A DNA stretch of 64,000 nt, from NCBI GenBank assembly GCA_033442325.1, contig JAWQFM010000023.1, positions 814,410-878,409 on the forward strand, in the 5' to 3' direction. Source of the DNA: Salpingoeca rosetta (Eukaryota; Protista; Choanoflagellata). The position numbers and the translations under genes are program-made. This document shows, in pieces, positions 45,919-55,800 of this stretch. The notes under the pieces were generated by a model, which saw only the letters and a list, made by a program, of their open reading frames with translations, made no database searches and had not been told where the DNA came from. Within the stretch, counting starts at the first letter, position 1, and every line of letters starts with the position of its first letter.

Positions 45919-47259
45919 CTTGATGGCTGACGGTCGTTGAGCGATGAGAATGTAGGTGGCACGACCTTCAAGTAACTCCAAGAGCGGCCGTTCGCTCGTC
46001 GGCAACGCTTCCTCTTGTGCTACAAACTGAGTATCCTGCTGCTCGTTGTCCTGCTGCTCACTTTCCTTCTTCGCATCACCACTGTTTGTGTCCTCGTGTG
46101 ACTCCAATTGAACCTTCGGGTCCTTTCGTTTCTTCTTCTTCTTCTTCTTCTTTCCCCTCTTCTCCTCCTTGTCGTCGCTGCCCTTTGTCGTTGAGGCGTG
46201 ACTACCTTTGGCGTCCACAACTGGTTCATCTTTGGTAAAGCAACGGTTCTTGTCCACAATGGAGCCAGCCTCTTGCACAGGGTTCGCTCTGATCGCTGCT
46301 TGTGACGCCGTTGGCTGAGTTCGGGCTGCTACGCGTTCTTGGAAGCTGTTGGGTTGTATGTATGTGTATGCGTGTGAGTGTGTGTGCGTGCGTGTGTGTG
46401 CGTGTGTGTGTGGTGGTCGCGCAACAGACCAGTGAAAAAGGGAGCGAGCATGAAGCGAACAATGCGAGTCGCCCACTCACATGGCATCAAACGCTGAGGT
46501 GACGCGATGGAAGAAGCGCTCTGATGACATGGCCTGGCTGCTGGGTGGCCAGTGGAACGGGGTTGGATAACCGCCGCGGGCAAAAGGGCAAATTTGACTT
46601 GCTGGTGGCGCAAGGGAAATAAAAAAAAATGACTTTGCTTTGTTTGTTTTTCCCCAACAACTCTCACGAGGAGGTCTGGACGGAGGAGAGGACTGAGTGT
46701 CCTGGCGACGAACCAAGAACCAAGGTCAGCTACCAAGCAAGCAAGCAGGTGAGAAGGGAAAGAAAGAAGAAGAAAAGCCAGGGAACTGCAGGGAACGCCA
46801 CAAGGAAAGGAGGCTTCGGGTTTAGAGGGCTGCTGTTTGTGTTGCGTTTTGGTGCCGGCAATTGTTCTTCCATTCATTCTTGGCTTCTTAGCTTCTTGGC
46901 TTGGACGCACTGGCACTGCTAGACTGCTGTGGTAGTGTGGTTCCGAGGAGTGGTTTTGAAGCGGACAGAGACCCGCAGAGGAAGCAGGATACTAAGGCGG
47001 TCAATCACCAGACCACCGGGGACATTTCAAGCACAAGCAACGAGAACGCGCGCCGACTCTGAGGAGCGCCCTTCCATTTGGCACGGCACCGACCTCGCCA
47101 TCTTGCCATGTCATTGGAATTGGAGCTGAAACTCGGAGCCATATCTTGGCTCCATGAAGACTGTAAGAAGGCCATCAGATCTGTGTTCAACAACCGTTGC
47201 GGATCGTCCTTCAGGTCAGAGTTCATGAGGCGATGAAGTGAGACGTGCTCTCGTGTCAA
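45105..47259 (-). CDS. Hypothetical Lys/Glu-rich protein (multi-exon, 5' end uncertain)
   Basis: Open exon-like segments at ~45918-46347 (KEEKRGKKKKKKKRK), ~45664-45745 and 45105-45527 are bounded by plausible splice sites. No family was recognised. Confidence 0.35.
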
Positions 47260-47499
47260 GATGTGGAGTCAATACATCACACCTTGAGAGAGTGTGTGTG
47301 TGCATGTGCGCGCGTGCATGCGGGCGTGTGTATGTCTATCTATGTGGTGACGCTGTGGCAATTTCCGTGGTGCAGGGCCAATTGGATTGCTGCCACTAAC
47401 AAAACGGCACCAAGCACCGCGTGAGTTGATGCCATGACCAATTGCTGTCGGGTCGTGCCCACCGGTGATGTGGCAACAACCTATGCACTTCAAAACGAC

Positions 47500-48535
47500 A
47501 TGTTTGTCTTGTTTGTGGACGTATTCGCGTGGTTGGATGCCTCATCGCGATACTCATCTATTGTCCGCACCTGCATGAACATAATTGGGGTGTCTGACTC
47601 GGGGAACGTACGGCTAAATAGCGCGTAAGTCAAAGGATGAACGTGAAAGTGTTGGCGACATTTCTCATGGTGTTCTCATCTTCTGTGCTACTGCGAATCT
47701 GCCATGCATGCTCATTGTTTCGAGCGAGAGGGCTCAAAATCGGCCGCCAGTCCAATTTGATTTCTGTACAACAATCTCTTCTTTTCACCCAAACTGCTGG
47801 CCACATGCGCCGGTGTTCCTTCCCCAACTTCCCTGCGTTCCTTGCTGTCAGCAATCACTACATTGACGCCTTGGCCTTCGCCCTTCAGAGCAACAGCTGC
47901 TTGGAGAAACTCGAGTGTGTTCTTGCCGCTGTTGGTGCTTTCCCAATCCATTGCGCATTTCCTCACTTGTGCTGTTCGTCAAGTCAAACCTCACATCAAA
48001 TACGTTTGCCATTTGCAGCTTTACCGACGTGGACGTCACCCAGACCCATGCTGTCACCATCGCCAACGCCCTCGACCCTCACCGCAACATCGTCGTTGAC
48101 TTGTCGGTTCATTGTTTGAAATTGACGCCACGCACATGGTGAAGATCTTGCATGTTCTCGAATGAGCTTTCACATGCGTTCATGACATCTATTACACCTG
48201 CCACGAACCGTATCAAAACGCGCAGTGGCACCAACCGTCCTGATCTGCAACAGGCCTTTCATCTGCGAATGAGCGAACGTCGCAATCGTGGCCTACTTGG
48301 CATGTTCCGATGGCTTTGGCGGCGAGTGCAGCAGCTGTTCTGGGCATCTGTTGGCAATTACCTACTACCGGCCACGCTTGCGGTTCGTTGCAGTTATGAT
48401 CGTTTCCATGCCAAATTCCGTGGCGCTTGTTATGGCTTTGCTTCACCAATGTTAACATGCTGTCATTCACTATCAATGTGCATACACATGCTCACACTCT
48501 GGATCTCACGCGCACACACGCACACTCTCTATGTA

Positions 48536-48610
<75 letters not shown>

Positions 48611-49064
48611 TGTGTTCAGCCGAACAACGTCACCTTCAATCGGACGCTTGGTGTTCTGGGTGCGTGTTGCTGGAGTGATGATGACATGACTGCGCGTTCA
48701 AATTCAGCCTGGAATAATATGACAGGGGAGAATTCCTCACCATGCTCCCGCTTGCATTCTTGCATTGGAATTACAGAAGCCCAACTTAACCCTGCCCAAA
48801 CACAGAACGGCCTGTTGCAGCAGGCAAACGAACAATCTAGCGAGCAAGCTTCGGGACCCACAACCCTCAGTCCCCACTTTCGTGAGTACAACGACGGTTC
48901 CTCTCCTGCATTCCCCACCTGTACTGCGCTCGATCCATGCGAGTCTCTTCTCGTCCAACGTGTGCCAATCATTGGACGGTTTTTGTCAGAATCGCTCATG
49001 GAGGAGTTGACCAAGGAGAACGCCTTCTTGAAGGAGCTCAAGGATGACTGGGAAGACAAGCTCG
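47500..49064 (+). CDS. Probable 5' exons of the kinase-PARP gene, including RNI-type LRR-like fragments
   Basis: Segments YIDALAFALQSNSCLEKLE and VTQTHAVTIANALDPHRNIVVDL resemble RNI-like LRRs. The exon ending DDWEDKL-G|GT at ~49064 joins in phase 1 to the acceptor at 49284. The more upstream joins are uncertain. Confidence 0.35.
48536..48610. repeat. (CAT)~25 microsatellite, probably intronic
   Basis: Direct reading. It is followed by a candidate acceptor (TGTGTTCAG). Confidence 0.85.
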
Positions 49065-49178
49065 GTTGGGTCACTCATGTCTTAGACTTGTCTCAGCTGA
49101 TTACGTTTGTCCCTCTCTTGCGCTTTCATTCGCCCTCTCACTTGCCCACCCTCACACACACGCACGCACACACGCACG

Positions 49179-49247
<69 letters not shown>

Positions 49248-49284
49248 TGCATATTCACCACATCCCCTTGATTCATTGTATAAG

Positions 49285-50407
49285 AGAGCGTGTTGAACCT
49301 GAACATCCCATCGTCCCGTTTTGTGGGAAAAGTACGAGTTTTCGACACCAGTGGCAAGCCCGTTGGTGGTTCGTTTGGTTCCCTGTTCAAGGCGGAGCTG
49401 GCGGGCCAGCCGGTTGCTCTCAAGCAAATGCCCGTCCAGAATCGCCCTCGTCTCTCCGAGATCATTGCATGCGTTGCTGGGTCTGAGGACGTTCCAGACC
49501 ACTTGAAGCAGCTGCGACGCGAGGCGCTCATCCTGCTCTCCCTTCGTCATCCCAACATTGTGCACTTCCTTGGCCTCACCCACGATGAGCAGAGCCAGAC
49601 GCTGGCCTTTGTGCTGAGCTGGGCCGAGAATGGCTCTCTCTATGATGTCTTGCACGTGAAGAAGCAGCCGCTTGACGAGCCAACTTGTCTTCGTGTTGTA
49701 TTTGAGGTGGCCTGTGCCATGGCGTTCCTGCACGCCCACAACGTCGTGCACCGTGACCTCAAGTCGCCCAACGTGCTGCTGGACGCATCGCTCTCCGCCA
49801 AGGTGACGGACTTTGGCCTGAGCGCCTTCAAGTCGGCAGACAAGTCCGTGGTGTCGAAGGTCGACGGAACATCTCTGTGGGCATCCCCAGAGCAGCTATT
49901 CAAAATGCAAGAGCTCCGTATGGACACGGACGTGTTCTCCTTCGCCGTTCTCCTGTGGGAGCTGTTCCTCAACATCAAGCCATGGCATCACGGCAAATAC
50001 GCTGCACTGGGTGGCGCGTCATCCATTGTCATTTCTAAGGCGTATGAGGAGGGCCGGTATCTCCCGCTTGACGTTGAGATCAACGGTCGCAGGCTGAGCA
50101 ATGCGGTGCAGCAAGTGCTTGGTCAGTGCTTTGATGTGAGCGGCAACCGGCCTTCGTTTGTTCAGCTGCAAGGCACGCTGGGTGGGCAGTACACAGCGGC
50201 CAAAGAACAGCACGAAGTCGACATGGCGAAGCAACACAGGCTGCTGCACGGTCCTGCTGATGCCGTGTGGAAGTGGCAGCAAAGTGTTCTTGTACCACTG
50301 CAGTCCTTCACGGTGACTCATCCAACACGCGCGTCTGTGCACATTGCTGCTGTTGGCGCCGCACACGACACGGCCACCGCCATCGTCAAACAGGTGAGAT
50401 CGTGTGT

Positions 50408-50475
<68 letters not shown>

Positions 50476-51392
50476 CTGTGCGTGCGTGCGTGCGTATTCG
50501 TGTGAAGCGATGGGTTGCTGTGGCTTGCTTATCAGGTCTCTTCGCCACTGCTCTCACGGCCCATTGGCATCTTCCTTCCCTGTCCACAAACACACCACAG
50601 ATGATCACGGAAGCTGGTGGGCGCTCAAGCGATGAGGCGACAGCAGCGCCCTTTGGCAAGACCGTTGCTGGTGTTGCTGTTGTGCAGTGCAGCCAGAAGA
50701 ACGTTGCCTTCAACGGCTCCTTGCACCGCAACCAGACCCGTTATCTTGGTCACATGAGCTGCGCCAACCACCCGTTCCACCCCAAGTACCAGATCGATCC
50801 GGCAACAGGTGCTCCCACCAACGCCGAGGAAGCAGCCGTCCTTGCTCGCGTCACTCTCCACCCTGCTGGCGCTTCACCGTACAAGGTGCTGGATCAGACC
50901 ATGATGCAGCCCGATGTGCGTCTTCGCCTGCAGCGCGTGTTCCACGGCGTGCCGTCCTTTGCCGTGGCCATGAGCATCCTGGGCGGCGATTTCGCACAGC
51001 TGCAGAAGACTGACAACGGCTGGTACGGTGCTGGCTTCTACTTCACGCCAGACCTCGACTATGCTCTCGAGTACAGCGACGCGTGCCGTGACGTGCCGGC
51101 TGAACTGAAGAAGATGAAATTGCCTGCAGGCAAGCAGTTCCGGGTCGTGCTTGTGTGTGACGTGCAGTATGGCAACCCATACCCGGTCCGCGACGCTGCC
51201 ACCTTCAACGGCAAGCCACTCGTTGGCGGGCACGACGCCCATGTCGCCGTGGTTGATTTCAGCTCCGGCAGCGTCGTGGATGCCATGCCCATCAAGTCGT
51301 CCCAGTGGGCCAGCAAGCGCACCGCCGCCGAGGTTGTGATCAACGACCCATCATGCGTCCTCGTGCGCGGCATCCTCGTGTTTGAGGCCTGA
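49285..51392 (+). CDS. TKL (MLK/RIPK-like) Ser/Thr kinase fused to a C-terminal PARP-type ADP-ribosyltransferase domain
   Basis: Kinase motifs: GGSFG, VALK, REA, HPNIV, HRDLKSPN, DFG, GTSLWASPE, DVFSF. Intron 50394-50600. ART motifs: RVFHG, GWYGAGFYFT..YALEYS, VLVCDVQYGNPY, GHDAHV, AAEVVI..SCVLVRGILVF-stop. Confidence 0.85.
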
Positions 51393-52871
51393 ACGCAGCC
51401 GTAGGGGAGTATCACCCACACCCCAGCAGCACCTTCGTTGGTGTGTTTCATCCTGCAACTTCCTCCTTCCCTTTCGCTCACCTGTTATCCCATGTTGCGT
51501 TCCTGTCTTCGTTCCCTTGCGTGTCATCACAGTCACTGACCTTCGCCAACCCCAGCGTGCATTTGTGTTACATTACGTGCGTCCCACGCTCTTTTCCATT
51601 CACCACTTTCATCCAATCATTGGTTTGCGTTTGCGCGTTGACACTCACGTCCTTGAACGCGTTGTTTACCTGCCCTGCATTTGCCTTCTCCTCTTCCGTT
51701 CTTCCGTTCTGGCTTTCTTTCGTTCTCCTACACTGCCCTGCCATTTGCTTGCTGTTCCAAGGGGCAAATGTGGTTGCCCCTGAGAGCCTGTTTGCCCGAG
51801 CATTTCCGTTTCCGGCGATCATGAACTCGTTCTTGCCTTCCTACAACTGCACCCCCGTTCACCTCCACCTCTGCCAGCGCTGTTACGTTCCTTTCACCCT
51901 CCACACGCTTTTGTTCGTGTCCACCTGGTCTGCTTGTTTTGCGTTCCCCACCACGGACCAGCGCAGTCGTACACCTTTCCCCACGCGCAAATAATCAACC
52001 TCAAATGAAAGGAGTGGTGTGGCAGACATGATGTGAATGCGACACATAAACTGCTGAGTGCAACAACAGCAGCAGCAGCAACAACACAACAACAACAACT
52101 TAAACCATAACACTACTACTACTTAATAAACACCACACACACAACCCCCCCCCCCTTCCCACTTCCATGAATCATCATTGCATTGCCTTTAATGAGTTGA
52201 GCTTTGAGTTGATCTGGAACTCACGCCGCTGCGTGTGTCCTGGGGAGGAAAGGTGTACCCCGAGGCGCTAACCACCGCACGCGGAAGAAAACCAAAGGCA
52301 TGAAATGAACTGGAAGAAGAGCAAAGAGGGGGAGAACAACTGAGACGGGAAGAGACTCGAAAGCGCAAGTGGGCATTCAAGAACAATCAAAACCGGGTCA
52401 ACAGAAACGATGAGTAAGTAAGCTGTACGAGTACCAGGCCCGTGCCCGTGCATGAACGCTGGTCATGTATGTAATGAAGGGGGGCTTGTAGAGAAAGTGG
52501 CGTATGGAAAAGGTAAACGTATCCAATCCATGGAGCAACGGAAAAAAGCAAAAAAAGAGTGAAGGCTAGGAACAAAAGGAAGGAGGAAAAGAGGGGAAGG
52601 AAGAGGGAAGGAAGAGAAAAGAGGAAGAGGAAGAGATGGGAAGGAAGAAGAAGAGCAAGAACATGTTCGGAGCCAGAGACAACCCCGCTAAGAGAAGAAC
52701 AACACCACAACACCACAACACCACAACACCACAACTGTGCCGACATCGCACGCCACCCATGCAACCATCATCACACACAAGTCCAGTAGGTATAACACGT
52801 AACAAACAAACCAAACGAAAACATTCACAAAAACGACACATCACGACGCACGCGCGGCCGTGTGGTCAAGT

Positions 52872-55800
52872 TCAGGCGCTGGCATCGTGCTTCTCGGGTG
52901 GGAGGAGGTGGAATGGCTTGGGAAGGGTGCGCACATTGACGGGAGGGGCGTCCTCGTCGTCGTCAACGGTGGAGGCATCAGCGGCGCCGCCAACGAGGTG
53001 CGTCGGCTTGGGTGGCAGATCTTGGTAGCCGGGGTTGGCGACGACGCCACGCGGCGCAGTGAGCGGGTCGTAGCCGCCGCTGCTGCTGGCCGGGCCTTCA
53101 CGCGTGTAGTTGGGGTTGGAGAAGCCCTCCATGCCCGGCACCTCTGGCACGGGCTCGTTGTTCTGCTGCAGACGGAGCGGGCACGACATGCTCTCCTCGT
53201 TGGTGGCAAGGTGGTTGATCACCTCGCTCACCGTGTTGCAGCGCACGGACAGCGGAATGTCGTTGAGCACAAACTCCGAGCCGTTGTGGCGCAGCGAGTG
53301 GTGCTCCACGCGGCCGTCGTCAATCACCAGGCTGATGGCGTACGTGCCAGGGCGCGCCTTGCTCTCGCGCACGAGGAAGTTGCCCTTGGTGCGGTCCTGG
53401 GCCAGGATGGCCTCGGCCTCGCCGCGGGCAAGCGGGCCGTGCATGTACGTGGGGCGGTCCTTCTTCACCACGCTGCCATAAAAGTCCTGCTGCTCCTGGG
53501 ACAGGGCGCCGTAGAAGTCGCCCTCGGGCTCCGCGGCCTGCGGCGCGTGGCGCACCTGGCCATACTCTTCCTGGAGGTTGAGCAGGGCGCTCGTGCCGTC
53601 CATGGTGCGGCTCAGGTGGTCAATGAGCACGTCAAGCGTCATGCAGTCCGTCTTGGGGCGGTTGCCGTTGATCAGGAAGCGGCCCTGCGCGTCCTTGTAC
53701 AGCTTGTGGTGCTCAAACTGGTTGCCTTCAATCAGCAGCGTAAGCACAAAGTTGCCGTTGGCCGCGCTCTCGCGCACAACAAAGTCACCGACGTTGCCAG
53801 AGTTCTTCAGAACAAAGTCCTCGGCCTCGGCGCGCGTCATCTGGCCCACGTACCAGTCGGGCCGCTGGTTGCCGCCCGGCTGCGAGAACATGGGGTTGTC
53901 AAACAGCAGCACGCTCTGGTCGCGCAGGGACAGCTGGCGCAGGAGCGTGTTGGCCTGCGAAATCTCGTCCGACGCCTTGTTCATCGTCGCCCACTGCTGG
54001 ATGGCCTCGTTCTGGCGGCGGTCCTTGGTCGCCTTGCGGTTGCGCCACACAACAAGCACAATGGCCACAACGAGCACGAGCAGCGCCACAAGCGCAATCA
54101 CAGCCAGGATGCCTGGCGACAGGCTGGCCGCGCTGCCCGTCGAGGCGAGCGGCGTGGTCGTGGCGTTGGTGCTCGTGGTCGTCGTCGTGGTCGTCGTCGT
54201 TGTGCCGCACACGCGGTCCGTGGTGGCGGTAAACTCAGACACAACGTACTCGCCGAGGCGGCAGATGCGGGCCGTCTGGCACTCGCGGTCCGTGGTGGAC
54301 GTGGGCGGCGACACCTCAAACTGGTTGGAGCGGCACTCCTCCACAAGGCTGCACAGCACGGGCGCAAAAGGGTTGGGATCCGAGTCGTCCAGGAACTCGT
54401 CGGCCTCGCACGGCGATGCGGTGAAGCCCATGACGGTTATGTCGCCAGAGACGGACCGGTTGAAGAGGCGAGCCGTAAAGTCCTCGTTGAGGGAGGCGAC
54501 GGTGGCAATGATGGAGCCCTGGCGCAGGTCGATGCGCAGAATCTGCGACGCATCCTGCGTCGTGTTGATGGACTGCACCAGCGCGGCCTCAAACGCCTCG
54601 CGGCGCGACTGCGTGCCGGCAAGGGCGTTGAACTTGGCGTCAAAGATAAGCGAGACAGAGTACGCGGGCGCGCACACGCGGTCCGAGGTGGTGGTGGGCG
54701 GGAGCACCTCAAACTGCTCCATGGGGCAGGTGCTGATGGTGGCGCAGAGGCGGTCCGTCGTGGCCGTGGGCGCCGACACCTCGTACTCCGTGTCCTGGCA
54801 CGAGCGCACGCGCTGGCACTCGCGGTCGTTGACCAGCGACGGCGCAACGAGCTCGTACTCGTTGGACAGGCACTGCGTCCACGGCGAGCAGATGCGGTTC
54901 TGCGTGGGTGTGAGCGGGCGCGAGATGAACGTGTTGTTGGGGCACGTGCGGCCCATCTGGCACTCGCGGTCCGTGCTGATGGTAGGCGCGGCCGTCTCAA
55001 ACGAGCCAGGCTCGCAGGGCGACACGCGCGTGCAGAAGTCCGTGCTGCTGTCGCGGTAGAACAGGCCCTCGATGCAGCGGCGGCACTGGCGGTCGGTGAA
55101 GATGGTGGGGCGCACCACCTCCTCGTAGCCGAGGTCGCACTCCGTCACAGGCGTGCAATCGCGCTGGCCAGAGAGGGCGGCAAAGTCAAGGCCGGCCTGG
55201 CACGGCGTGCACGGCGTGCTGGCGTTGCGGTCCAGGTCGGCGGTGCCGGCCGGGCACAGGAACTGCTCGCAGGAGCCGATGGAGCCCGCGGGCACATAGT
55301 GGCCGTAAGGGCACGGCTGGCAGGCAGTGAGCGGGTTGCGGTCGTGGTCGGTGGTGCCGATGGGGCACGGTTCGCACTTGGCGTCAGAGGTAGAGGTGGG
55401 GGCGCGGATGCGCTGCTCGCCAGGGTCGCACTTGGTGATGAGGTGGCATAGGCGGTTCGACGACGCCGTGGGCGCGGTGCGCTCGTACTCCATCGACGGG
55501 TTGCACTGGGTCAGGTCGCGGCAGATGCGGTCCGTGGTTGGCGTGGCGGGGAACAGCTCAAACTGATCCTGGTCGCATACGTCGAGCGTCGTGCACTCCG
55601 TGTCGCTGGTGGAGGTGCATGGCGCGCTGCGGTACTGCTCATCAGAGCACGTGCTGCACTGCTGGCAAGACACATCGTTCTCCGAGTCGCAGGCGCGCAG
55701 GATGTATGTGTTCGGCGGGCACGCGGAGCAGCCGGCGCACTGCACGTCCTCCAGCGCGGAGCAAGCACGAATCTCGTAGCGGCCGCTGGGGCACTCGGAG

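Noticed and set aside
50394-50600. Transmembrane-like segment between kinase and ART in the 700-aa ORF
   Set aside because: It is an intron with canonical donor and acceptor and a GT repeat.
51443-52844. Hydrophobic ORFs downstream of the kinase-PARP gene
   Set aside because: Pyrimidine- or purine-rich UTR/intergenic sequence with no motifs and atypical codon use.
52860-55451. 863-aa plus-strand ORF and other long antisense ORFs over the receptor, Med13 and kinase genes
   Set aside because: Shadow ORFs from high GC3 on the coding strand; no motifs.
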